The notes beneath the pieces were generated by a model. That model was given only the letters and a program-made list of their open reading frames with translations, was not told the DNA's origin and did not search any database. DNA of 63,461 nt, counting the filler, from Olpidium bornovanus S191 (lineage: Eukaryota > Fungi > Olpidiomycota): assembly GCA_017911155.1 (NCBI GenBank). It is 31 parts of 31 records of this genome, joined end to end, with 100 filler letters (N's around TTAATTAATTAA, not from the genome) between each part and the next. Parts side by side here need not be neighbours in the genome. Positions count along the whole stretch, not along the records: positions 23,991 to 25,228 come from JAEFCI010002296.1; positions 25,329 to 27,716 come from JAEFCI010007732.1; positions 27,817 to 29,705 come from JAEFCI010012104.1; positions 29,806 to 33,504 come from JAEFCI010001037.1; positions 33,605 to 36,123 come from JAEFCI010007263.1; positions 36,224 to 37,701 come from JAEFCI010008852.1; 25 more parts are not named here. One strand, 5' to 3'. This document shows, piece by piece, positions 24,751 to 36,369 of this stretch. The translations under genes and the position numbers were made by a program. Numbering within the stretch: the first letter of the stretch is position 1; each line of letters starts with the position of its first letter.

Positions 24751-25328
24751 GTTGGATAACAAAACTCCCTGCTGTTCGGGGATGATCTCACGGCCTCAAC
24801 TGCAGTGAATATATATTTTTATATTATATACCAGGCTTTCTGTTATTTGATACCCCCACGTTTTTTTTTTTTGCTCTTCCCGTGTACACACATAACACCT
24901 GCCGCTTCGCTTCTCTGCATTCTTCCCAAGTAGGAAAGTTCAAACGCGTATTCTGTGTTTATCTCATTTCCGGCCCGCCCCTCCGACCCGCCCCTCTGCC
25001 ATTGTTCAACTCCTCATCCCGGCCACTGCAGACGCTTCGCGTTTCCTTTTTTATTTTAGTTTTTTTTTTGTTTTGTTTTTTTATTTTGATTTGAGATCCA
25101 GCGTCTTCCCTTTTTTCCCAGACGCCCCCCTCTTTTTTTTTTTTTTTTTTCCCAGTGAAAATGGACCAGAAGGCACCGGCCTCCTAATTCCCCAAAATAT
25201 CCAGCGGAAGATTTGCAAAAGCTCATGANNNNNNNNNNNNNNNNNNNNNNNNNNNNNNNNNNNNNNNNNNNNTTAATTAATTAANNNNNNNNNNNNNNNN
25301 NNNNNNNNNNNNNNNNNNNNNNNNNNNN

Positions 25329-27368
25329 CTCTCGCAGAAAAACGCGTTCTCGCCGTCAAGGACGTCTACGCCCGCGAATTGCCTGAGGCAACTTGCCAAC
25401 GACGGCGGCGAAGAAAACGGCCGCGGCGCGGCGTCGAGAGAGCCCATGATACTCTCGATGAGCGTTGCGCGAGCCGGGTCCGCGGTCGGGGCGGGCCGAC
25501 TCCGGATTGCACCGTCATCCGGAACGTTCGTAGAAGCCGCCGTGCAGTTTTCCGACAACTCTTCCGCCGCACAGCCGCCGTTTGCGATTTCGCTGACGCC
25601 TGCCCTGTTCTGCTTCTTCTCCACAACCTAAACGGCATCAGCGGATTTAGTACAAGTTGGTCGATAGAACGGCTTCGTTTAGCTGAAACGTTTCTTTTTT
25701 ACAACCTTTTGCCTGGCTGCGGTCATTTTCCTACAGGCAGCGGAAAAGGCAGCGCGGCTCGGAATTGGCACGGAAATATCAAAGAAGGGCTCGCGTACGC
25801 AGTATAGCTGTGCACGCGCAATAGGAATTGAGCCTCCTTCTCGTCTGAATTGGAACGCGCGCGCAATAAAGGCGAGCTCTCACCGCCTTGCAATGGTCGC
25901 AGACGACCAGGCTGGCTAACGTTCCACCAAAGCATTCATCGATTTTTGTGGAACGACGTGCCTTTTGGGGGCTCCCTGTTTCCCGCATCTGCGATCGCGA
26001 AACCTCAATCCTCAGAACAGAAACGTCATGTTTGCCGGATCAGCTGCTCGGGACCAGCGCCCACCTTGACTTCGTCTTCCCGGATGCCGTCCAACAGCAG
26101 CCGTAGAAACTCGTGAGCGTCCTGCTGGTCCATGCTCCCATAGCGCTTCCAGCGCTTCGTCACGGCAGAGAGCAAACCTCGCGGCGACGCGTGCTCTGAA
26201 TGGACCTTGCGCACCCGTTTGATTATCGCGGCGAGCTCAACGGACAGCGGTGAATCCATGTTGACGACGTCCGCGGTCAGACGGTCCGCCAGCGAATCAG
26301 TCCAGCAGAGGGCCTACCAACCGCAGGGTCGGGCGGGTGGTTAAGCGCCTTTTCTCCGCGGCCCCGTTGCCGACTGAAACGCATTTTTTTTTTCTGTTCG
26401 CACTAACGATTGGTTCTACCTGCAGCGTCGAGTTCATGAAACAGGTGTTCCCCAGATTTGCGAACCCCGGTATTAGCGGGGACTTCCGACGCGCCGCCTC
26501 GCTAACAGAAACCTTGCTGCCTTTCGCGGACGCCACCGCACCGGGGCGCGTTTTCCTCTCGACGACTGACGGTGGCGCAGCGAATGCCGGTCCGGCCTTC
26601 TCCGACGGCACTCCCGGACCGCGGTCGACATCCAGGTCTGCCAGGGCATTCCTGGCGAGTGCGCACCACTCCCTGACGACCTGCGGCTGCTTTTGCCCGC
26701 TACGCTCGCCCGAGATGTACGCGCCGCAGCCAAAACACCAGCACTGCCCGCTGGCCGCGTCGAACGCGTGCAGGTGGCCGGTAGCGTCCCGGACGTGACC
26801 GGACGCGTGCTCCAGGCGGGAGCAGTGGACCTTGCCGCAGTGCAGGCATATCCAGGGTGACGGGGCGGCGGCCTGGCTTTCTCGGGGATCTGGACAGCCC
26901 TTCACACACGTTTCGGGACCGGCGTTCGGTCGAGGCGGAAGCGTCGGGATGAAAATTGCGGTTCGCGGAAGGTCCGGCAGGCGGAGAAGCGCGCACAAGC
27001 CGAGAACATACAACGCACGTGGTGTTCTTGAGTTTCTTCAACGATTTCTTCACGTCCGTCACTTTCAACAGCTTCACGTGAGGGCACTTTCCCCCGCTTC
27101 TGGTTGCCGGCCCGGCGGCGGGGGCGGCCGCCGCTCCGGAGCGCACCGGCGCAGAACACGAGTCGCGGCGCGCGGCGACCTGGTCGCCCGGTCGCGCGCA
27201 CACCTCGCTGGTATTGATGCAGCCGGGCGGCGGCGCCGTCGGCGTCGTCGTTTCCGGTTCTGGGGAAGCGGGTCCGGCGGCGACGCGTTCGCCGGCACCA
27301 GCGGCGGCGTCTCCCGGGGCGGCCGGGGCGGGCCCACGGGGACTGTTTCCCCCGGTCGCCTTTCCCAT
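25329..27368 (-). CDS. Ubiquitin-specific protease with zf-UBP domain (USP16/USP45-like); 5' part
   Basis: CPHV...WICLHCGKVHCSR...H...CWCFGC (zf-UBP); GFANLGNTCFMNSTLQ Cys box; QQDAHEFLRLLLD; FGGTLASLVVCDHC; LDGENAFFCE. Confidence 0.92.
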
Positions 27369-27653
27369 TGCTGGTGGGTGCACACAGCGCGAGGTCGCCG
27401 GGCGCGAGGGCCGCGGAGGGAAGGGGCCGGCCGGGAGGAGGGCGCGCGCGCGTGTTTTGGGCTTTCGCGCAGACGGGCGTCACCCACGACGTCGCGGGGA
27501 TTCTGCAGCGCCAATCGGCGAGGGGAAGAGAGCCCGCAGAGGAATCTCTCTCGCAGGAACGTTTGCGCGTCGGCTTCGACCTCCCTCCGCGCGCCAACCA
27601 AACCCCGCACCGTCGAACGGGGGCAACACCCAGGTCAACGCGTCGCGCGGAAG

Positions 27654-27691
<38 letters not shown>

Positions 27692-28316
27692 GGGCCCTCT
27701 TTTCCCTCCCCCCCCCNNNNNNNNNNNNNNNNNNNNNNNNNNNNNNNNNNNNNNNNNNNNTTAATTAATTAANNNNNNNNNNNNNNNNNNNNNNNNNNNN
27801 NNNNNNNNNNNNNNNNCATGTCCCTGGAAGGTTGCCGCAAAATCCGCCTTGGAGGACGAAAAAAGAAACGAACACGAGAAACGGGACGCGGAACAAGGGA
27901 AGCGCAGCTGTTCACCGTAACAAAAACACCGTGGAACTTGCATCTGCAAGAAGCGAGTGTAGAACCAGCGATCAGGTCGATGGCGCTGAGATTCTAACCT
28001 CCGCCTGAGTTCTGGATGGAGGTGTCGGTTGATGAGTGTCAGCAAAGGAGACCGGCAAAGTCACGACGTGATCTCACATCGAAGTCTGCACATCAGGGAT
28101 CGTCTCATTCGCTGTGGGCAACGGGAAGCGCGCAAAGCTGTTAATTAGCAGAAACAAAATTAACTTCGTTGAAATCGCAGCGGTCGCCGTCAGACACCCA
28201 CAAAAAACTCAGAATCCGCAACGGTCTCAAGCAATTAACACCAAACGAAACGACCAGCTGCGCTTCTCTAATTTGTCGCAAACCACATCTGTTCCCTCCG
28301 GCCCCTGGTGTGATTC

Positions 28317-28675
28317 GCCGCAAAACAGAAAACGGAAGTTTCAGGCTAAGCTCCCCGGAAATAAACAGAAAGTTTTTTCTGGGGCACTCTCTAGACTGCA
28401 CACATCCCTTGCAAACTGCTATAGAAACTCTAGCCTTTTTCAGCGCGCAATCCAGTAAAAATTCTTTCCCCTTCCCTTCTTGCCGTTGGCTCATAACGTG
28501 GTTTGCCGCAAAACAGAAAACGGAAGTTTCAGGCTAAGCTCCACCGGGATAAACAGGAAGTTTTTACTGGGGCTCTCTCTCCACTACACAGACTCCTTGC
28601 GCTGCTGTAGAAACTGTAGCCTTTTTAGCGCGGAATTCAGTAGTAAAAATTTTTTTCCTTTCCCTTTTTGCCGTA
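28317..28675. repeat. Diverged ~188-bp tandem duplication covering the 3' end and 3' flank of the peptide gene
   Basis: GCCGCAAAACAGAAAACGGAAGTTTCAGGCTAAGCTCC at 28317 and 28505; similarity continues to TTGCCGT in both copies. Confidence 0.9.
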
Positions 28676-28849
28676 AAAGCCTTTTTTGCGGAAACCTTTC
28701 TTGCCGAAACCTTTTTTGCCGTAGCCCTTCCCCTCTTTGTAGTAGCCGCCGGAAGGAAAAGGCTCCGGGGCGGGATCGGGGTTGGGCTCCGCACACGCCA
28801 CCTGGGCGAGGACGGTGACGGCGAAGCCTATGATGACGGTGAACTTCAT
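28637..28849 (-). CDS. 70-aa secreted prepropeptide: signal peptide, six X-Pro dipeptides, then a cationic Gly/Lys/aromatic repeat peptide
   Basis: ATG-to-stop intronless ORF MKFTVIIGFAVTVLAQVACA-EPNPDPAPEPFP-SGGYYKEGKGYGKKGFGKKGFRKKGFYGKKGKEKNFYY. Confidence 0.85.
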   Translation of the reverse strand: MKFTVIIGFAVTVLAQVACAEPNPDPAPEPFPSGGYYKEGKGYGKKGFGKKGFRKKGFYGKKGKEKNFYY

Positions 28850-29865
28850 CCTTCCGAGAGTTTAAGGGAACGCGACCACCCGCAAAACAGGGGGTTCTTT
28901 ATTTCCTGCAACGGGGCGTTAACAAGTGGTTCAGAAGCGCCGGGTTCGCGGGGAAAGAGTTCCCGGTTCAAGACAATGATTTCATTCAAAAACAATCCCG
29001 GCTTCGTTTGGTTTTTGCGGAAACGTTCGCGCGGAAGCAAAATCCGCTTTTTCCGATCTCAGCCAGCTCGTTCATCCTTCAGTCGGAATCGGCAGGTAAT
29101 AAAAAAAAAACACACTACAATAAAACCATTGTCCATGTTACCTCTTGGGCAATGGATTTTTGTCGGGCGGGGCTTGGGGGCAAGCCAAACCGCAACGGCC
29201 GTCGGCGGGGTTTTATACGCCTCGGGAGCGGGCGGCACGAGTTTCTGACCTGGGCAAGACTGGGTCGTCTTTGTCAGCCCCCGTCCCTGCGGCGCCAGTT
29301 CCTCAAAAGGTCGCGTCGCCGCGAAAAAAAAAAAATAAACTTGACGAGCTGGTTTTCCGCAAAAGCACGCTGCCCTGGGAAAAACGGGACGAGGTAGGCC
29401 GGGCCCCTTTTTCCCCTGCTGCCGCGCGCGACCTTCCCCGCGCGGCGCACGTTGTCTCAACCTGTGGCGGAACGGATCGCCGCCTTTGGATCGCCCGACA
29501 TTTGCAGGGGCAACGAACTTGAACGCGGGGGGCGTGCGGCGCTCATGTCGGTCTCCCTCGAAGCATTCCCCGCTCCCCTCCCCTCCCCGCCCCTCCCCGC
29601 TCCGCCCCACCGTCCTCCCGACCGACCCGCAATCATGGGTGCTTCGGGCCGGTCACCGACCGCACTCCGCACGCCTTTGTCCGCCGAAGTTCGCACATCA
29701 GATGGNNNNNNNNNNNNNNNNNNNNNNNNNNNNNNNNNNNNNNNNNNNNTTAATTAATTAANNNNNNNNNNNNNNNNNNNNNNNNNNNNNNNNNNNNNNN
29801 NNNNNCCCCCTCCTCTCACTCCTGCCCGCCTGCCCGCCCCTTCCCCCCCGCCCTATCCGCTCACC

Positions 29866-30130
29866 ATGAGCAAGTACTACGCAGTCAAGGAAGGCAGAAA
29901 CCCGGGGATCTACGACAACTGGTGAGAACCTTTCCTTCCCCCCCGCGCGGAAACCCAGGCGCCGCTTTTGCCGCTCCTTTGACATCTCTCCCCCGCGCGT
30001 CCCCCTCGCCGGCCATCCCTCCCACGCGCGCGCGCGTCTCAGGGGCGACGCGGGTTCGCAGGTAATCGGCCATCCCAATAACCTGCACAAGAGCTTCAAA
30101 AGTCTCTCTGAGGCCGAGCGGTTTATGGGC
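29866..30130 (+). CDS. RNase H1 N-terminal hybrid-binding (Cauli_VI) domain exons
   Basis: MSKYYAVKEGRNPGIYDNW / GDAGSQVIGHPNNLHKSFKSLSEAERFMG, joined across a GT-AG intron (29922-30042). Confidence 0.85.
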
Positions 30131-30769
30131 TGTACGTCGCCGACCAAGCGCTTCCGGTTGTTGGAAAGAATGCGGGCGGACGTGACACCGCCCTCCTATG
30201 ATGGCCCTCTCTCGTTGTCTCGGCCTGCGCCAAACTGCCCTGAAAAGAAAAACACAAAGGGCCGTGCTTAGATTCGAGTCGGCCCGCGCCACTTAACGCA
30301 ACATTGCGCCTTATGTCACCGGCTTGGCGCAGCTTTCTGACGCAGTTTTGCGGCCCCGATTTCTTTCACTAGCCTCCCCCCATGAGCACGGCAGCGGGAG
30401 CAAGCACTTGGAGTCCACGGTCAAGCAGGAATTCTTTGATTGCAGGACGACCGTCACGGAACAGAAGCCGACTGGACCGCAGAGGGACTCGGCTGCGACA
30501 GGCTCTTCAATTTGAAAAGCATCCCGCTCGTCAAAATCACTGCAGGAGATGAGACTCGTGCTCAATATTTTATATTTTTTTTTTTTTGTTTTCTCTTCCT
30601 ATTAAGACACCGGCATGTGCAGGCCGAACTTCCTTCGTAGTTGACGTTGGCATCGCGCCGAGTGTTAGTGAAGCGGACCGACCGGTTGCGTCGAGCGCGC
30701 GGTTTTGTCTGCGAGGTTTTTTTTTCACTGGGAAACGAAAGCGCTGCTGAGTATTCCGAGCACTTTGAC

Positions 30770-30873
30770 AAACCTTAAAAAAAAATAACTCCCCGGTCTC
30801 CAGCGGCTTGCCAATGATCATAAACCTTAAAAAAAAATAACTCCCCGGTCTCCAGCGGCTTGCCAATGATCAT
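30770..30873. repeat. Perfect 52-bp tandem duplication
   Basis: AAACCTTA9TAACTCCCCGGTCTCCAGCGGCTTGCCAATGATCAT x2. Confidence 0.95.
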
Positions 30874-31304
30874 CACTGCAACCCCACACGCGGCCCGAAC
30901 GCCCCCGAGTCCTTCCGACAGCAGTATGCAAATGCGCCGGGGATTGACAGAGGCAGCATTTTGCGGTGCCGGGAGAAGCCGGCCAGCGCGTCCTCGCCGG
31001 AAGACGCCGGAGTTGCGGGGGAGCCCGGATTGCAATGGCCCCCGGGTCTTTTTGCACATTTAGTTTTTTCTTAATTCATTTTTTTGATTTTTTTTTTTTT
31101 TTTTTTTTTCCCTTTCCTTCCTCGCTCCTTCCCTTCGTTCCCTTCGTTCCCTTTTCCTTCCCTTCCTCCTCCTTTTTCCGCCTTTGCCTCCGCCGCACCC
31201 GACCGCGGGACGAGTCTCGCCCGGCGAGAACGAAACCCAACGAACCGTCCAACTAGACCGTTTTCTCGTCTGTCCCGTTCGCTCGCTGCTGGCCGCCGGC
31301 GGCC

Positions 31305-33322
31305 ATGGAGTACGACCTGAGCTTCCACCGCCACCACCACCGCGACTCCCGCTCCCGCTCGCCCGACGTGCCCGAACACTACACCCGCGTGCACGACCAC
31401 CACGACGACTACCACCTCGCCGGCGGCTCCGGCGGCAGCCACCACCGCGGCGCGGCGGCGCCCGCGGCAGGCGCGCCCGGCGGCGGTGGAGGAGGAGGCG
31501 GTGGAGGAGGAGGAGCCGCGGCCGCCGGGGCGCCCCACCACCACGACAGGGACGGCAGCGCGAACGGCAGCCTGAACACGTCCAACAGCGTCAGCCACCA
31601 CCGCCAGCCGCACCAGCTGCCGCCGCCGCCGCCCATGCAGCAGCAGCAGCAGCAGGGACCCCACTCAGCGTACGTGTCGCGGCTAGGGCGTTCGTGAACT
31701 ACCCCGCACCCTTCCCTTCCTCCTTTTCGCATCTCCCACTACCACGCTCTACCCCCCGCTCCTTTCCCGTCCTCCCCCACTCTCCGGCTTTCCGTTTCCG
31801 GCTCACCGCAGCCACGGCCAACGGTCCAGCACCTTCAAACGCGCGGGCCTGACCCGGCCACCGGGAAGAGCCGCGTCGCGACTGCTGCGTCCAGGCTCTC
31901 CTTTCTGCCGCGTCGTCGTCACGCGGCCGCCCGCCGCGCGCGGCGGACCGCTTTCAAATTCCAGCCCGCACAGCATTTCAGACCGAATCCCCAGCTTTCG
32001 CAGCACGTTGCTTTCAGCCTCGGCCGCATGTACGGCTTAAAAGCGTTCCCCCCCCCCCCCTTCCCCCACGGGACCTTTTGCTCCACCACGTGCTAACGGC
32101 AAAAACAACCGCGTCCGCGACTTCAACTTCGGTGCCGCAAAACGGGACAACTCCACCCTCCACGCCGCCCTCGTCCCCGGAAAAACCATCTTTTCGACCC
32201 GGGGTTGCCCGTGACGTGCAACTTCGAACCTCGTGGGCTTCCGCTCAGGCCTTCTACCGGGAGCGTCGTTTTTGTGACTAACCTCAGCAGCAGGACTGTT
32301 TCGAGCGACCTGGAGGCCGTCCTGTCCAAACACGGAGCCGTACGTCCGTGGCCTTCGGTTTGGAACGTCGGCCGCTGAGGTTCCGTGACGAATGACTGCT
32401 GTACCTTGCGGCGGCTCCTGCCGGTGTACTCTTTTACTCTTTCGTTCCCCAAGGTAACCAAGGTTTCTGTGATCACCGATCCTCACACCCGCGAATCCCG
32501 CGGTTTCGCCTTCGTCACTTTCGATAATCCCGACGGCGCTGAGAACGCGGTGCAGAGCGCGAACGGGATCGAGCTGCACGGACGGACGATGAAGATTGAA
32601 ATTGTACGTCGCATCCACCCGATTCTCGGCAAATTCCCAGACGAGCCTTTTTTTATGTACCGCGTTGCCCCAGGCACCTCTGACATTTTCGCGCTTGCCT
32701 CGACCCAGGCGCGCAGCACCCGTCCTCGTACGCCGACTCCCGGCCGCTACGTCGGAGATGTGGGTTCGAGTTCGGTCATTCTTCATATCCTCTTGTATTT
32801 GCCTCCTAACCGGGTCGCCGTCTGTCGTGCTGCTTTCCACCGTGCATAATCAGGAGAAGCGCCGTCCACGGGGTGTGTCACTGCCATCCGATGCCTGTTT
32901 TGATGAGGAACTGTTCGCGCGTGCTGACTCCGCGCATGACTTTTGGCTCCCCAGATCATCTTTATGTTCCTTTGAGGCGTCCCGTTATGGACTATCGCGA
33001 CAGCTACAGGGAACCTTACAGGGACCCCTACCTGGATGCATACGCTGATCGTGACCCTTACCGCAGGCGTCGGTCCAGCCCGCCGGCGCAGCCGGTCGCC
33101 TACGCTCCTCCGGCGCGATATCCCGACCGTTATGCTCCGCCGGCGCGTGACCCGTACGTCGCGAGCAGGAGCGTATACGACCGCCGCTCGCCTCCTCAAC
33201 AGCCTCCGATTTACGCCGACGATCGGTTGTACGACCGCCGCCCGTCCCCCAGGCCGTACTATTCTCCGGCCCCAGCCCTGTCCTACAGTTACGACCACTA
33301 CTCAAGGCCGCCGCGCTACTGA
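31305..33322 (+). CDS. Transformer-2-like SR-related RRM protein, multi-exon
   Basis: VFVTNLSSRT...DL, DPHTRESRGFAFVTF (RNP1), ARSTRPRTPTPGRYVG and an Arg/Asp/Tyr/Pro-rich tail. Confidence 0.88.
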
Positions 33323-33465
33323 AATTTTGCAGCCCTAGGGCTGCGAAACGTTCCCCGCGGGGAGAGTTCAGACTTCCAAATGATGCCGCCCCGGGACACT
33401 CGACCGCGTTCTCCGTTTATTCACGTCCGGGCGACGGGATGATTATACGATGCAGAAGAGGCAGC

Positions 33466-33497
<32 letters not shown>

Positions 33498-33604
33498 ACG
33501 CCGGNNNNNNNNNNNNNNNNNNNNNNNNNNNNNNNNNNNNNNNNNNNNTTAATTAATTAANNNNNNNNNNNNNNNNNNNNNNNNNNNNNNNNNNNNNNNN
33601 NNNN

Positions 33605-33960
33605 CATGAACTTTCTTGAATTTGACAGAGCATCGCTCGACGTTTTCAAAAGGATGCGGAACGCCATCGCATACCGGCTGTAGTGTTCAATGAAGGTGAT
33701 CGCGTACTTGGACTCGTCAATTTCGACTGCGATAAGTCCGATGATATCACTGCTGATCGCCGCAAAGGTCCGATGATATCACAGTTCCTGTCGCGTTTCG
33801 CTCCGTGGGTGACGGAAAGTGCGTTTTGTTCTGCAAGGAGGCAGCTCTGGTTAAAAGCTTCTCGTGCCTCCAGTGGAAGGAGGACAAAAAGGCGGGGGCC
33901 GCAACCAGCACTGCAGAAGGTGAAACTGAGTGATGCGGATGAATGATGGAACTATTCGCA
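33605..33960 (-). mobile_element. Degenerate Ty1/copia integrase fragment
   Basis: SCLLAEQ..., DIIGPL and KYAITFIEHYSRYAM...KTSSDAL match the rve N-terminal part. It contains a short internal duplication (GTGATATCATCGGAC x2). Confidence 0.75.
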
Positions 33961-34028
33961 TTGCGGGAAATTTCATCGAAAATCCTGAATTCCACCAAGG
34001 GGACACAGAGGATTTCCTGCTGAGCACC

Positions 34029-34187
34029 TGTGCAGAGGGCCTAGAAGGGAGGAAGGGAGAGGCAAAACCGCTTACATAGAGCCCACCTTAAACAAACTGG
34101 GGAGATGCCGTGGGGTATAAATCGAGGGCGGAATCCTAGTCTCCCTGTCCCCCATCTCGCCCGCTATCTCACATATAATGTCTACAA
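34029..34187 (+). mobile_element. Possible solo LTR
   Basis: TG start, purine-rich block, TATAAA at about 34116 and an end TCTACA like the other LTRs in the window. Boundaries are unverified. Confidence 0.25.
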
Positions 34188-35039
34188 CGCGCCGAATCCA
34201 TAGATGTACTTTAACTAGCACCTGACAATAGGATTAAAAAAGTCATCAAAGTTTGTGCGGCATACAATGCCTCCTGTTCATCGAAGCAGGAATTCTCAGT
34301 GTGCACGCGTATTGTACCTTTTCCGCGTGTTCCCGATAGAGAAAACTAACCCCACTGGCTCCGATAGTTATCGAAGTATACGCCTGCCGGACGCGACAGG
34401 AGGTCGCCGGAGTTGAGCACGCACAAGGGGATGACGTCGTGACCGGCTGCAGGATGGAAATGGCACGCACGGAAGCCAGCGCTGGGAAAACCGGAAATCA
34501 ACTCCGAATGGGCCGGCTGAATCGCGTGGACGCAAAGAAGACCCCGGAAAACCGCCGGGGCTCCCGGAGCTGTCCCTTGGAATCAGTGCCAGGTAAAACT
34601 ATTGGACATCCTGAAATTTCTGGGCGGAATTCCTGTATTCGGAATTTTCGACCGAGGCAGTGGTCTGCGGACTTGCACAGGACGGATTTACGAGACACAC
34701 GCATTTCCGGTTGACGAGCAGTCTATCACTCCAGTTCACTAAATTCTAGGCAATCTCAATTGGCCTTCGTGCTCCTGCCGGCTCACGTACCAGGGAGACT
34801 TCCACTCCCCTGAGTGCCGTGGAGGCGACATCTTCCCAAACGGCTCCGGACTCGATGGCGGGGAAGCTCCGAGGACCCAACGGCCCGGAGGCGCAGCTGC
34901 GCGAGTAACGTGGTCGGCGGCGGCCCATTTTCGGCGTCGCAATCGGCCGAGGCGGCAATATCTGGTGCGGCCTTGCGCGCGTCTTCATCGTCGTCGTCGT
35001 CGAAGGCAAGCGTTCCCGGCCGCCTCCAAGTCCACTGCG

Positions 35040-35591
35040 GCGGTCACGCCCACCACGGGCTTTGGAGCCCTCAACAATCCCATCCGGGAAGTCGGCGACG
35101 TCGCGGGCGGCAGCGCAAACTCGGCCAGTAATTTTGGTTCAGGTTCGGGGGGCCTTCTCAGAGCTCCCGCCGAGCGGTTGCGACGCCCTGTCTGGTCGCG
35201 GAGCGGAAAACCGCTTCTGGAACGCTGCTGGGTGATGCCCGGCGACACGATCCAACTTACCTTGCGCCTCGACCGGAGGATCCGGCCCAGGGAGTTTGTC
35301 CTGCACCAGGCCCAGGTCGACTCCGCGGCCGCGCCGCGAAACGTCAAATTTTTGGCGCGTGAGCTCCGCGTTGACGTCCTCATCGTCGGACGAGCTAGTC
35401 GTGGATCTTTTTTCTCTCGACCACGCACCGTATGACGCCTCGATTCCTGGCCCCCAGAGACGCGTCTTGGAACAAGGAGACAAAACCGCCGGCAACTGCG
35501 GCGGCCGCAACGAATTGAGAAGTAAATCTCCTCCAACCTCGGGAACCCGCTGCAAACGCACCTGTGCAACTTTTCCGTCCACGACTGGTGA
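35040..35591 (+). pseudogene. SUN (Sad1/UNC-84)-like C-terminal domain with an apparent frameshift
   Basis: RCWVMPGDTIQLTLRL...AAPRNVKF...YDASIPGPQ...ISSNLGNPLQTHLCNFSVHD follows the SUN motif order. The last motif is out of frame behind a TAA. Confidence 0.5.
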
Positions 35592-36328
35592 GCCGCGTGA
35601 ACCGAAAGCTTGCGATTTTGTATTTTTTGTTTTCGCCGTGTTCAGCCCGGCCGAACATTATGTTTTTGTGACGCGGAAAAGAATAAAGACGCCTCGGGGG
35701 CAAAACAAACGATCGCGAAAGGGACACGGCGTAATTTGTGACCAAAACAATATTTGGGGTTTCCCCCCGTTTCTTCTGGCTATCGACTGTACTCGGTCCA
35801 GGCATTTTCCGGCCTTTTTTTGTACCCCGGACGATTTTACTATCCAATTCCGTTTGACAGTCATTATGCGAGGCGCTTTGTTTTACAACCTTTGCAAACG
35901 GGTGTTTTTTTTTACCTCGGAGAAATTATGTCACCCTGCTCCAAAGTACCCGGATTGCTCCGGACACACCACCTCCCGGCGCGCCTCTTTTTCCCGGGGA
36001 GTGTTCGGGGGTTAATTTATAACGCGCAAACCAATCAAAAAAAATCTCGGGTAGTATCGAGCTCCTTTGTCCATCTCAGGGGCAGGGGGCGGCTTCTCGC
36101 TGTACGTGAAACTTTCTTCCATGNNNNNNNNNNNNNNNNNNNNNNNNNNNNNNNNNNNNNNNNNNNNTTAATTAATTAANNNNNNNNNNNNNNNNNNNNN
36201 NNNNNNNNNNNNNNNNNNNNNNNACGTAGACCCGCCCCCCGGGGGGGCCGCTCTTTTGCACCCCCGTTGCGGGGGTGTGGTTTTTTTTGCCCTCTTTTTT
36301 CGGGGGGATTTTGCCAAAGATGTGGGGG

Positions 36329-36369
<41 letters not shown>

